DNA of 64,000 nt, taken from positions 2,485,072 through 2,549,071 of the forward strand of contig OZ220493.1 of the NCBI GenBank assembly GCA_965116205.1, given 5' to 3'. Source of the DNA: Arenicellales bacterium. Lineage in GTDB: Bacteria; Pseudomonadota; Gammaproteobacteria; Arenicellales; JAJDZL01. Every line of letters begins with the position of its first letter. Within the stretch, counting starts at the first letter, position 1. The notes under the pieces are model-generated. The model had not been told where the DNA came from, ran no database searches, and saw nothing but the letters and a program-made list of their open reading frames with translations. The translations under genes were made by a program, and so were the position numbers. This document shows positions 1 through 9,920 of the stretch, piece after piece.

Positions 1-575
1 CGTGGGTCATTACCTTACCGCTGGTGGTGCTTGCGGTGCCATCGGTCATCTTTGGGTATATTTTCGCCGTACCCATACTGTATGGTGAGTTTTACGGAAA
101 CTCAATTTCCGTTTGGGCTGAGCACGATGCGCTGGCGCGGGTGGCGAGTCATCTCGGCGGGGCGGAAGGCAGTATTTCGGCATTGGGCATGATTATTCAT
201 GGTTTTTATTCTCTGCCTTTGTGGTTTACACTGGCAGGTATATTCATCGCCTGGTGGTGTTATATTCAAAAACCTGACTGGCCGGCGCGTTTGAAAACGC
301 GATTTAACCTACTCTGGCTGGTTTTAGATCGCAAATATGGTTTTGACGAATTCAATGAAATCGTCATTGCTGGCGGCACCCGAGGGATGGGTAACCTGCT
401 GTGGAAATTCATGGATGTGCGAGTCATTGATGGCATCATTGTTAACGGACTGGCGAAGTCGGTCAAACAGCTTTCGACGCGCGTTCGTTCGATGCAGAGT
501 GGTTATGTTTATCACTACGCATTTACGATGATTATCGGGCTTTTGGCACTAATGACCTGGTATCTAGCCAGTTAG
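1..575 (+). CDS. nuoL: NADH-quinone oxidoreductase subunit L, C-terminal part (5' end lies outside the window)
   Basis: The frame is open from the window edge to TAG 573-575. The sequence is a membrane protein with a NuoL-type C-terminus (LDRKYGFDEFNE...VIDGIIVNGLAK...YHYAFTMIIG). nuoM follows 21 nt later. Confidence 0.85.
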   Translation, partial: WVITLPLVVLAVPSVIFGYIFAVPILYGEFYGNSISVWAEHDALARVASHLGGAEGSISALGMIIHGFYSLPLWFTLAGIFIAWWCYIQKPDWPARLKTRFNLLWLVLDRKYGFDEFNEIVIAGGTRGMGNLLWKFMDVRVIDGIIVNGLAKSVKQLSTRVRSMQSGYVYHYAFTMIIGLLALMTWYLAS

Positions 576-596
576 TCCATCGCTGAGATCGAAACG

Positions 597-2078
597 ATGT
601 TTCCCTGGTTGAGTTCGCTCATCTGGTTGCCGATCGTCGGTGGCGCTGCGGTGTTAATGGTTGGGCGAATTGAGAGTACGAAAGCAGTTCGTTGGCTGGC
701 TTTGAGTACATCGCTGGTGGCATTTGTGCTGAGTGTTGGTGTTTATGGATTATTTGATACGACAAGTGCAAATTTTCAGTTCGCTGAGCATGCTGAATGG
801 GTGGCAGCGTTTAACATCAACTATGCACTTGGCGTTGATGGCATTTCACTACCCCTGATCCTACTGACGACTTTCCTAACAGTGCTAGTGGTGATTGCCG
901 GGTGGAGAGTGATTCAGTATCGCGTTGCCCATTACCTAGCAGCATTTCTCATACTGGAAGGTTTGATGATCGGTGTTTTCTGTGCGCTAGATGCAGTACT
1001 GTTCTACGTTTTCTGGGAGGGTATGCTGATACCGATGTTTCTGATCATTGGTATCTGGGGTGGTGAGAATCGAGTTTATGCGACGATCAAATTTTTCCTG
1101 TATACGCTACTCGGTTCACTCCTCATGCTGGTGGCTTTGCTTTATCTTTACAACATCAGTGCATCATCATTCAGCATTGTTGACTGGCAAGCATTGCCGA
1201 CGATTGGTTACACTACTCAGATTCTGCTTTTCTTAGCGTTTTTTTCAGCCTTTGCCGTTAAAGTTCCGATGGTGCCGGTCCACACCTGGTTACCGGATGC
1301 GCATGTTGAAGCGCCAACTGGTGGGTCGGTCATCTTGGCCGCCGTGATGTTGAAAATGGGTGCTTATGGATTCTTGCGCTTTGTGTTACCTATTCTTCCT
1401 GATGCATCTCATGCACTGGCTGGCGCGATGATTTTTCTTTCGTTAGTTGCCGTGGTCTACATTGCACTGGTAGCATTGGCACAGACAGATATGAAGAAAC
1501 TGATTGCGTATTCATCCATTTCACACATGGGGTTTGTAACACTTGGTTTTTTTGTCTTCAATGCGCAGGGCATTGAAGGTGGTATTGTACAGATGATTTC
1601 GCATGGATTCGTTTCGGGTGCATTGTTTCTCTGCGTCGGCGTACTTTATGATAGACTGCACTCTAGAAAACTGGAAACTTATGGTGGTGTGGCACATCGC
1701 ATGCCGGTCTTTGCGGCACTGATGATGGTATTTACCTTAGCCAATGTGGGGTTGCCAGGAACATCAGGGTTTGTCGGTGAGGTACTGGTGATTATTGGTG
1801 CATTTCAGGAGAATGCGCTGTATGCTGGTATTGCGGCTTTGACTCTGATTCTCGGTGCGGCATATACACTTCGGTTGTATAAGCGAGTCATTTATGGCAA
1901 AATCGTCAATGAAGCAGTGGCCACACTCACCGACCTTAACCCACAGGAAAAAATAACGCTGGGATTGATTGCGATTTTCGTGTTGCTGCTGGGCGTTTGG
2001 CCATTTCCCCTGCTGGAAATCATGCATCTCTCGGTTGAGAAACTGTTAGAACAGGTAGCCGTTTCAAAGCTGAATTAG
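597..2078 (+). CDS. nuoM: NADH-quinone oxidoreductase subunit M
   Basis: 493-aa polytopic ORF with NuoM/ND4-type motifs (WLPDAHVEAPTGGSVILA, LIAYSSISHMGF). It lies directly after nuoL. Confidence 0.9.
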   Translation: MFPWLSSLIWLPIVGGAAVLMVGRIESTKAVRWLALSTSLVAFVLSVGVYGLFDTTSANFQFAEHAEWVAAFNINYALGVDGISLPLILLTTFLTVLVVIAGWRVIQYRVAHYLAAFLILEGLMIGVFCALDAVLFYVFWEGMLIPMFLIIGIWGGENRVYATIKFFLYTLLGSLLMLVALLYLYNISASSFSIVDWQALPTIGYTTQILLFLAFFSAFAVKVPMVPVHTWLPDAHVEAPTGGSVILAAVMLKMGAYGFLRFVLPILPDASHALAGAMIFLSLVAVVYIALVALAQTDMKKLIAYSSISHMGFVTLGFFVFNAQGIEGGIVQMISHGFVSGALFLCVGVLYDRLHSRKLETYGGVAHRMPVFAALMMVFTLANVGLPGTSGFVGEVLVIIGAFQENALYAGIAALTLILGAAYTLRLYKRVIYGKIVNEAVATLTDLNPQEKITLGLIAIFVLLLGVWPFPLLEIMHLSVEKLLEQVAVSKLN

Positions 2079-2288
2079 GTTGATTGCACGACGCACTGAA
2101 CATGGACTAAAGATTAACGTATCGAAAACTAATTCATCACTTGTCTGGTTGCCTTGATATGTGAGGCGAGGATGTTGAACTTCAGGGATGATAATTCGGG
2201 TGCATTTCTCAGATGTAACTGTTACACAGTTATTGCACCTACGTAATATGGGAAACTAATAAACTATGAAGTTGAACACGTAGAACTT

Positions 2289-3281
2289 ATGGTAGGGAAA
2301 GCTGTTGTGAAAAAAGAAATGAATAATGTTGAGATGAGTTTTTCACCGGTGCCGACTGATGTACTGAGCGCAAGACGAAAAGATGGTCTCACTCCTGAAC
2401 TTAAGGATTGGGGTGTTGATTCGGAATATGGAATGTTGCGCGACGTGTTGCTCGGTTCAGCCGACTGTTTTCGTTGGATGGGTGAAGAAAACTTGCAATA
2501 CAGTTCAATCTGTCGAGCTGCCGACCGGGGAGGTCAGCGATTTGACCGGGATGTTGCATTGCGACAGCATGCCGAGTTGACCGAAGCATACGAGTTAGCC
2601 GGTGTTACGGTTCACAGCTTACCGGCCGATGATTACACACCTTATCAGGTTTTCTCACGCGACTCAAATTTCATGACTCCTTTCGGTGCCGTGGTCTGTC
2701 AATTGGCGAATCCAAGACGGCGGGGGGAATACGCTGCGGTCCTTCAATTTTATCTGTCGAATGACATTCCAGTCTATGACTTGGTGAGCGCGGGTAATTT
2801 TGAGGGTGGTGATTTCAACATTATTGAACCCGATGCGGTATTGATTGGCTACACCGACCATCGCAGTGAGGCGCGCGCCGCCAAACAGGTTGGTGGTTGG
2901 ATGGAAAATGAAGGTTGGGAAGTCAAATATGCTCCCATTGATGAGTTTTATGTACACATTGATATCATGGTTTGTATGGTTGCAGAAAAATGTGCTGCGG
3001 TCTGTCTTGATACGACTCCTGAGGATGTTCAACGCTGGCTCAGGAGTAAAAACATTGAGATGATACCGGTCAGTTTTCCGGATACGATGAATCTCGCCTG
3101 TAATGTTGTTGCATTGGGTAATGATCGAGTGATATCGACCGCGTCGGCCACTGATTTGAATGGAAAACTGCGGGCGATGGGATTCGAGGTATATGCTCCG
3201 GAACTGTCCATGTTTACCGATGCAGGTGGTGGCGTGCACTGTATGGCCCAACCGCTCAGACGAGATCGCGTGAAATCTTGA
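2289..3281 (+). CDS. Amidinotransferase-fold enzyme (arginine deiminase / DDAH-like); start codon uncertain
   Basis: 330 aa. The C-terminal GGGVHCMAQP carries the catalytic-Cys signature of guanidino-group-modifying enzymes. Several in-frame Met codons lie near the 5' end. Confidence 0.6.
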   Translation: MVGKAVVKKEMNNVEMSFSPVPTDVLSARRKDGLTPELKDWGVDSEYGMLRDVLLGSADCFRWMGEENLQYSSICRAADRGGQRFDRDVALRQHAELTEAYELAGVTVHSLPADDYTPYQVFSRDSNFMTPFGAVVCQLANPRRRGEYAAVLQFYLSNDIPVYDLVSAGNFEGGDFNIIEPDAVLIGYTDHRSEARAAKQVGGWMENEGWEVKYAPIDEFYVHIDIMVCMVAEKCAAVCLDTTPEDVQRWLRSKNIEMIPVSFPDTMNLACNVVALGNDRVISTASATDLNGKLRAMGFEVYAPELSMFTDAGGGVHCMAQPLRRDRVKS

Positions 3282-3634
3282 TGCGTCGGAGAAACGACAG
3301 ATTTCCTACATGGCGCTCAGGTATGGGATATTGCGTGATGTTGGCTCTTTCAGACTCCCATGAATTGTTCTGATCTCAACTCGAAATAGTGATTTGTGAT
3401 GCTTGGTGAGAGTATTGGCTACTTCAAGAAGTTCACAAACATTTGATTTCTGTCGATTATTACACGAGTCTGAAAGTAGTCGTCGGTTGACCCTTATTGT
3501 CCAATGTAATGATCGGACTTGATCTGGATTCAGTGAAGGCCTTAGCCGGGGTCAAGTGATGAGTCGAACCGAGTCCATGCGGCGACAGTAGGCGAATGGG
3601 CAACGTGTCAGTTCGAAACTTCCGTCGAATGACA

Positions 3635-4576
3635 TCAATTGTCTGAGCCGACTGTCTCAGATCGATTAGTCATTTTCTGTTCATGTGTTCCTCTGGCTTT
3701 AGAATAACGATCGGATACGTCAATCACGGCAGCACTGAGTATGAGGGTGACACCAATCATTTCTTTCCAACCAAATGGCTCACCCGATAATAGCGCGGCT
3801 GTCGCCACACCAAAAACAATTTCAGTCATTAACAGTATTCCCACCCGTGCCGGCGTGAGTCTCTGTGCGCCCCAGAAAATCATGTACATTGAGGGCAGGT
3901 ATGCGGCGATGAATACCAACAGCCAAAATAGTGCAGCTTTAATGGTCATCATACTGGGTACTGTTGCACGGTCCGCCAGTGGCAGAACAATGAACAGCGC
4001 GGCAAATATCGTGCCACCGATGTAGAAAGCACCAACCTGTTCCCAGACTGCCGCTTGACGATCGACATTAATACGTAGCATTGCAACCGACCAGAGGAGG
4101 CCGGATAGCAGGGCAAGACAATCGCCGAGATTGGAAATTTTTGGCATGCCATCATTGATGCCAAGAATGACGGTGAGCCCGGTCAAGCCGGAAATGACTG
4201 CAATTATTCGATAACGGGATATCCGCTGTTGAAGGAATAGATGGTCAATAAAGGTGCTCCAGACCGGTGTCAGGTAAAACAGCAACACGGTTTTGATTAC
4301 CTCGGTCAGTGTTAATGAGACGGCGTAGAAGATGATGCACATGCCGGTCAACAGGCCGGTGATTATGATATTCCAAGGCAACCGCCTGGTAGCCATCCAC
4401 TGCTTTATGAACAAAATTACAAATATCAACGCGGTCACACCCAAAGCAATAAAGGAGGACCATGCGGCAGTCATACCGATTTCGTCCAGTCGTCGAATCG
4501 GAATCCAGTAAGTGCCCCAGATAGCACCCGCCATGGTGACTGCGATGCTTGGGGCCAGTATTGAATTGGCTCTCAT
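3635..4576 (-). CDS. EamA/DMT-family transporter
   Basis: 313 aa with about 10 hydrophobic helices arranged as a duplicated EamA-like layout, followed by a hydrophilic C-terminal tail. Confidence 0.75.
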   Translation of the reverse strand: MRANSILAPSIAVTMAGAIWGTYWIPIRRLDEIGMTAAWSSFIALGVTALIFVILFIKQWMATRRLPWNIIITGLLTGMCIIFYAVSLTLTEVIKTVLLFYLTPVWSTFIDHLFLQQRISRYRIIAVISGLTGLTVILGINDGMPKISNLGDCLALLSGLLWSVAMLRINVDRQAAVWEQVGAFYIGGTIFAALFIVLPLADRATVPSMMTIKAALFWLLVFIAAYLPSMYMIFWGAQRLTPARVGILLMTEIVFGVATAALLSGEPFGWKEMIGVTLILSAAVIDVSDRYSKARGTHEQKMTNRSETVGSDN

Positions 4577-5173
4577 CTAGGTGGAATTAGTAGGATCTTG
4601 AAATATCATTGATTTGCGATGATAGATGGCTTCAATACAGAAGAATGTCAACATTTTTTGAGCTGAAAATTCTGCCGTATTGCTATCACCGATCACATTA
4701 TCAAAATAAGAAAAATTACGCAAAAACTGATCCGTGCAGATGATCTGACAAAAGTATCAAGCACTTGGTGATAGTTGTGTTCGCTATTTTATTCAGTCTA
4801 GAAATCTGATACGACGATCCGCTCGGCAATGACTGTCAAGGTCAAGTGAAGAGTAGTCGAGATTAAATCCACCTCGCCATCTGCCCAGGGGTTCGGAAAT
4901 ATCTTAAGCTTCGGTATTGATGGGGTACAACTGACTGAAATTTATCTATTCATATTCCAGTTGCTGGCGAACGCTACCACAATACTAGAAGCAACTTTAC
5001 TACTCATTCTACATAGGAAGGAATGCACTCATCGAAATACTCATGGTAGCAGTTTGACGCGCCACATGCTTTCGAATGCACCCTGAATTCAATGATTTCC
5101 AATCACGCAGCTATGTTGATTAGCGGTGATAATGGATTGGGAAGCGAGAGTTGCCTTCCAAGTTCTTGTTGGC

Positions 5174-6736
5174 TCAGTCTGCTTCCACCTGCATCGCCAT
5201 TACGTTGCGATCTTCGCTGTTGAACAACACGGCTAGCAGATGAATCTTCTCCCGGCGATTGCGATACTTGTCTGCATAACGTCCTTGTCGAATTTGTTCG
5301 ATCGCCACCATGGCTTCCGTTTCTACATCTGCTTTCTGTACCATTTTAAACTCCAGTACGAACACCTGACTGTCATGCAACAGCACTAGGTCTGAACGCC
5401 CCAAACTTGATGATTCCTCACCAATGATGTCAAGGCCTATGGCACTGAAACAGGCATAGATCATACCAGCATAGTATCCCTCATAGTGATGCATACCGCT
5501 GTGGGTATACCACTGGTTCGGTATCGCTGAAAAAAATGAGTGCAATTCCATTTCGAACTCATCAAACTCGTTAGTAGCCAAAAATCGCGCCATGTTCCGG
5601 CCCCGTTTCAGGGCGTTAGGTAGGTCACTACTAACTGCATCCACCAACTCTCGGTTAAGACTCAGTCGCACTTCTTGGTTGGGATAATCTAACCGGTAAT
5701 AGATCCCGTCAGGTTGTTCTTTCTGATTCTTAATCGTCAGATAGCCACACTGGAACAGCAATGGATTGAGGCGAATCCTCTCAATTTCGAATCTAGATAG
5801 TTCGGCCCGGCCTATTTCCAAGTTCTCCAGATCTAGGGTGTTGAGTACACCTTCAACCATCATCCGGTAGAGAAAGCGAGGTGTGCCGGTTTCATACCAA
5901 TAGGGTTGGAACAGTCTTTTTTTGAACAGTAGTAGAATGTCGTAGGGGTTGTACACCTTGTCGGAACCCAACCAGTCGTAGCCGTTATACCACCGCTGCA
6001 TATCGCTCCGGTTTAATCCTTCGAGTTCCGGCGCGAACACCGTGTCAATGTCTTTATCCGTATAACCACAGATGGTGGCAAACTCGGGGTCCAAACTGAT
6101 GTCTTCAAGATTGTTCATGCCGGAGAACAGACTCACTTTGGAATACATGCTGATGCCGGTGACGAAAACGAATCGTACGAGATCATCACAGTCTTTAATT
6201 ATTCCGTACAAACCGTGTAGGCATTTTCGGTTGTTCTCTGCCTGTTGCGGGTTTTCAAGCAGGTCCAGTATCGGCTTGTCGTATTCGTCCACCAGTACCA
6301 CTACCTGTTCACCCGTAGCTTCATAAAGGTTGGATATCACTTCCTGTAGGCGTTCATCGCCATCGCCGGAGGATGAAGAAGGTTTGAGGCCGGCAAACTT
6401 TTCCTGTACGGTGAGTTGTCTATTGATGTGACGGTTCAGCTTGTGGGGCTTGTAGTAACTGCCGCCGAAACTGAGCCGTATCACTGGATGTTTTGTACTC
6501 CAGTCCCAGTGGTCGTGAATATACAATCCTTGAAACAGTTCTTCATTCCCTTCAAACAGTTCTTTCAGGGTGGAGAGCAGCAAAGATTTTCCGAACCGTC
6601 GGGGGCGTGACAGGAAATAGTATTTCCCGTCATCAAGCAGCTGTTTTATGTGACGTGTCTTGTCCACATAGTAACAGCCCTTGTTTCGAAGCTCTTTGAA
6701 GGAAGCGAGTCCGGTAGGCAGTTTGCGTTTGCTCAT
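5174..6736 (-). CDS. AAA-ATPase-like protein with C-terminal PD-(D/E)XK nuclease domain (DUF1703-type), copy A
   Basis: The N-terminus FKELRNKGCYYVDKT...YYFLSRPRRFGKSLLLSTLKELF matches the predicted AAA-ATPase family. The C-terminus GRSDLVLL...VFVLEFK has the D...ExK nuclease motif. It is about 60% identical by eye to ORF 36964-38547. Confidence 0.8.
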   Translation of the reverse strand: MSKRKLPTGLASFKELRNKGCYYVDKTRHIKQLLDDGKYYFLSRPRRFGKSLLLSTLKELFEGNEELFQGLYIHDHWDWSTKHPVIRLSFGGSYYKPHKLNRHINRQLTVQEKFAGLKPSSSSGDGDERLQEVISNLYEATGEQVVVLVDEYDKPILDLLENPQQAENNRKCLHGLYGIIKDCDDLVRFVFVTGISMYSKVSLFSGMNNLEDISLDPEFATICGYTDKDIDTVFAPELEGLNRSDMQRWYNGYDWLGSDKVYNPYDILLLFKKRLFQPYWYETGTPRFLYRMMVEGVLNTLDLENLEIGRAELSRFEIERIRLNPLLFQCGYLTIKNQKEQPDGIYYRLDYPNQEVRLSLNRELVDAVSSDLPNALKRGRNMARFLATNEFDEFEMELHSFFSAIPNQWYTHSGMHHYEGYYAGMIYACFSAIGLDIIGEESSSLGRSDLVLLHDSQVFVLEFKMVQKADVETEAMVAIEQIRQGRYADKYRNRREKIHLLAVLFNSEDRNVMAMQVEAD

Positions 6737-7178
6737 TGTTCTTGTTCACTAGGAGCGATACTTCTAACATTGTAATTCAAAGAAGAACTGATACTCTTGT
6801 GTTCATTTCAATATTGGAGAGTTCCTTGTCAATACGAAACTGCTATTCCTACGCATGTGACCATTCTCCAAGGTTGAGAACACCCTCTTGATGTACATGC
6901 CTTTGGGGGCGTAAATCACCTCGAAAATCAAATCTCTATCAATGGCTCGTGAAATGCTGGAATTCTGCATGTTCCCGCGCCACTATTCTCCATTGAGATG
7001 TGATGAGGTAGCCGGCAAAGTCAGCGAAGGTAGGAATTGATTGGTAGGTACGTGTTAGTCTGCACGTGCAAACATGGTGGTAGGATGAAAGCGGTGAGTA
7101 TTGAACTGACCTGCACATAACTCTAATTGAAACATTTTTATCCAACCATATCAGATTGACTTAGACTTAATACCGATT

Positions 7179-7429
7179 TCATTTCACCAGCTTCAATCTA
7201 TGCAAATCTTCTTCACTCCACTCAGTTTGTTCGATTAATTTTTTCAGTAATTTTGCTCCATGGGTTTTTTGTGGATGAAATGTATAGAAATTACTCGGGT
7301 TGGATTTGATTTCTTATACGTTTGTATTGCTCCTCTAGTATTCTGTTGTTTCCATCCATCTTTTTCCAAAGCGTGTATGAGTTGTTTAGCAGTTTTGTTC
7401 TTCAGTTGATCCCATATATTCTTATTCAC
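7179..7429 (-). pseudogene. hicA: HicA-family toxin, frameshifted at an A6 run
   Basis: ORF 7244-7429 (LIHALEKDGW...ISIHFIHKK) stops early. Reading past CACAAAAAACCC (T6 at 7265-7270 on the + strand) with one extra A gives ...HGAKLLKKLIEQTEWSEEDLHRLKLVK* ending at 7179, a typical HicA-like tail. Confidence 0.5.
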
Positions 7430-7439
7430 AGGTTCATTC

Positions 7440-7730
7440 TCAGGCCAGTGTCATTGAGTCTTCTATTACAGACCCCAAGAACTTTCTACCCTGAATTTTG
7501 TAATCTGATTCCGAAAACTGAGGCTTGTCAGCAATAAGTGTCTGGGGAAGTGGTATGTTGTTTCTTAGCATTGTTTCAAGATGAAGTAAGATTGCTTCCC
7601 TTAAGAGTTCTTTAGTTTCTTCCTTGGTATCTCACTCTACAAGAACTCCATCTAATTCAGGACTCCATCCAAAGAAATTGTCATCATCTGGTTCAACGAC
7701 AAGTCTGATTCTAATACTAGATTGCGTCAT
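7440..7730 (-). pseudogene. hicB: HicB-family antitoxin with an in-frame TGA
   Basis: Translation is MTQSSIRIRLVVEPDDDNFFGWSPELDGVLVE*DTKEETKELLREAILLHLETML... The stop (7632-7634) falls where HicB proteins have Gly (GDT.EEA). No ORF of 60 aa or more is called here for that reason. Confidence 0.55.
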
Positions 7731-8127
7731 ATTCTATACCCCTAGAGAAGATTTTGGTTTTTACTTCAATTCAATTTCAATCAGAAAGATGCAATGAAGT
7801 TGGATGTTGAGAGTTAAGTGTTTAAGGATTGAAAAATCGAATAAATTCTCATTTCATGCTTTCAGTATACTGGATTAGTAATATGAATTTGGGGTGTATT
7901 CACTTTGGTTCGTTGCGAGTCTCAATGGATATATTCCCGCGCCGGCATAGCTGGCAAATGGTTCTGCGTCGGAACTATTTATAAGAATTTATGGGGGAAG
8001 TGCTGAACTATCCCATTGTTCGAGTTTCCGATTCATTTCTGGTTTCTAGGTAACCTGACATGAGAAAACCAAACTCAGTGACATGAAAAATATTTGAATG
8101 GTCGTCTCAATTCAACTGACAACAAGT

Positions 8128-9258
8128 TCATTCGATTTGATCTGGTAATCTATAACTCGTACTTCTTCCTCTGCCGGAGTTTTGAATAAAGATGCCACGC
8201 TCTTTCAAGATCTGAATATCACGCAGTGCCGTGTCTTTTGAACATTTTACAAGTCTGGAGTATTTCGAAGTGTTCATATAACCGGTGAAATCATCCGCTA
8301 GCATTCGATTGATGATCAGACGTTGACGTTCATTGATGGAGTATCGATTGATTCTCTGCCAGAGTCGTGCTTTGAAGAGAACACCATCAAGAGTAATTTC
8401 TGCAGTGGATATCGCTCGGTTCAGACAGCTCAAATACCAGTTCAGCCAGTCAGTGATCTGCGGCGAAGCGCGTTGCTGTTTTTCCAGTTGACGGTAATAT
8501 TCCTGACGTTCGGATTCAATCTGTGTCGATAGACTGTAGAAACGGTCTGCCATACCGTCGGCATGCGCCAGCGCCATATCTCCGATGGCTCTGGCGATAC
8601 GGCCATTTCCATCTTCAAATGGATGAATACTCACAAACCACAGGTGAGCAATACCTGATTTAAGCACCGTATCTATGTCTTTGTCATCATTAAACCAATT
8701 TAGAAACAATTGCATTTCCTGTTCTAGCCGGTCTGCACTGGGCGCTTCGAAGTGAATATTTTCACGACCGATAGGGCCGGAGACAACTTGCATGGGTCCG
8801 GCATTCATAGTGCGCCATCCACCAACTGTAATTTGATGCATACCACTGCGTCCCGTCGGAAAGAGTGCCGCATGCCAGTTAAACAACCGTTCGGCGGTCA
8901 GAGACTCCGAAAAATTCTGTGTTATATCAAGCTCTATTTCAACAGCACCATCTACATCAGGACTAGCTGATAAATATTCTGTGCTTTGAATTCCTAATTT
9001 TTTCGAAATAGATGATCGAACTTCAGCAACATTGAGTTTTTCACCTTCAATAGCAAAAGATTTGACAATGTCGTTAGTAAGAGTGATAACACTGGCTTCG
9101 CGTCTGAACTCAAATCCAAGTCCCTCCATTCTTCCGAGCAGACGACCTTGGCGATGACGGACTTCAGCCAATTGAAAGGCAAGGACTTCGGCATCCCATG
9201 TAAAGGCTGGCCAATTTTCGTGTTGGTGTATCCACATGTTAATCACCGCAAAATACAA
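8128..9258 (-). CDS. Fic-family protein (AMPylase-type), class II with N-terminal inhibitory helix; likely true start at 9237
   Basis: Fic motif HPFEDGNGRIARA. The upstream SFAIEG matches the (S/T)xxxE(G/N) auto-inhibition motif. A C-terminal winged-helix-like region is present. Confidence 0.85.
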   Translation of the reverse strand: MYFAVINMWIHQHENWPAFTWDAEVLAFQLAEVRHRQGRLLGRMEGLGFEFRREASVITLTNDIVKSFAIEGEKLNVAEVRSSISKKLGIQSTEYLSASPDVDGAVEIELDITQNFSESLTAERLFNWHAALFPTGRSGMHQITVGGWRTMNAGPMQVVSGPIGRENIHFEAPSADRLEQEMQLFLNWFNDDKDIDTVLKSGIAHLWFVSIHPFEDGNGRIARAIGDMALAHADGMADRFYSLSTQIESERQEYYRQLEKQQRASPQITDWLNWYLSCLNRAISTAEITLDGVLFKARLWQRINRYSINERQRLIINRMLADDFTGYMNTSKYSRLVKCSKDTALRDIQILKERGIFIQNSGRGRSTSYRLPDQIE

Positions 9259-9363
9259 GGTGATTATAGGTTTTATTCACCGCAATTTGAAAAAATCTCG
9301 CTTATACATTTCAGCTATAATAATAAATTCAATGACGACCTCAATTTATCTGAACAATTACAA

Positions 9364-9751
9364 ATGAAATCAGACCTTTCACCGACTGATCTATCCTCCG
9401 CTCTCAGGGATTTGTCGGAAATAGAGCAAGCCGCCATTGAAGAAAATGACAAAATACCATCTAAAATTGCAAGACGAAACGCTTTACGATTACTGCGAGT
9501 GATGTACGATTACTCGCCGCAGTGTTATCAGGTGTATCCGTTGCATGATGGTGAGGTCACCATTGATGCACCTGGAGGTGTACGACAGGTCCGTTGCTGT
9601 GGTGTGTGAATCGAATGGTAGCGTTTTGTGCATGGCAAATTTTTTCGGACGTAGGCGTTATGCTCGATATTCCGATGCCAGCTCTCTACCGGACAAGTTT
9701 ATGTACGAAGCATTGAGTGAACTACGATGGAGGGAGTCTGGTTCGATTTGA
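9364..9751 (+). pseudogene. Hypothetical protein, apparently frameshifted (ORFs 9148-9609 and 9545-9751)
   Basis: Two overlapping ORFs in frames offset by +1 read on from each other (...LHDGEVTIDAPGG / YDRSVAVVCESNGSVLCMANFF...). I recognise no family. Confidence 0.3.
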
Positions 9752-9920
9752 ACCTAACAGAAACCATAAAGCCAAACGAATGCCTTGGCGAGGAGTTTTT
9801 TTCAAATAGAGATACGCAAAAAGGGTGGCAGACTAGTCGAGGCTTGATACGAAACTCCAAATTAGTAAAGTCCAAATCAAACGCACATGAGTGAAATCAA
9901 TCCAGTTGAATTTCTATTCT

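Noticed and set aside
2216-2232. A perfect palindrome TAACTGT-TAC-ACAGTTA lies 57 nt upstream of the amidinotransferase-fold gene and could be an operator.
   Set aside because: A 7-bp-arm palindrome with fixed spacing is expected several times by chance in 64 kb. No second copy or associated regulator gene is visible.
7878-7892. The 15-mer TTTGGGGTGTATTCA is shared between 7878-7892 and about 15097-15111, with a looser relative near 6902. Each lies upstream of a minus-strand accessory gene, so it could be a common regulatory motif.
   Set aside because: A rough expectation for identical 15-mers in 64 kb on both strands is a few by chance (about 4x10^9 pairs against 4^15). The surrounding sequence does not align. 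This is not significant without a genome-wide search.
9740-9754. GGTTCGATTTGAACC looked like a tRNA T-arm (GGTTCGA...).
   Set aside because: It is only a 5-bp hairpin overlapping the stop codon of ORF 9545-9751. No acceptor, D or anticodon arms can be built around it. I found no tRNA-like cloverleaf in any intergenic region.
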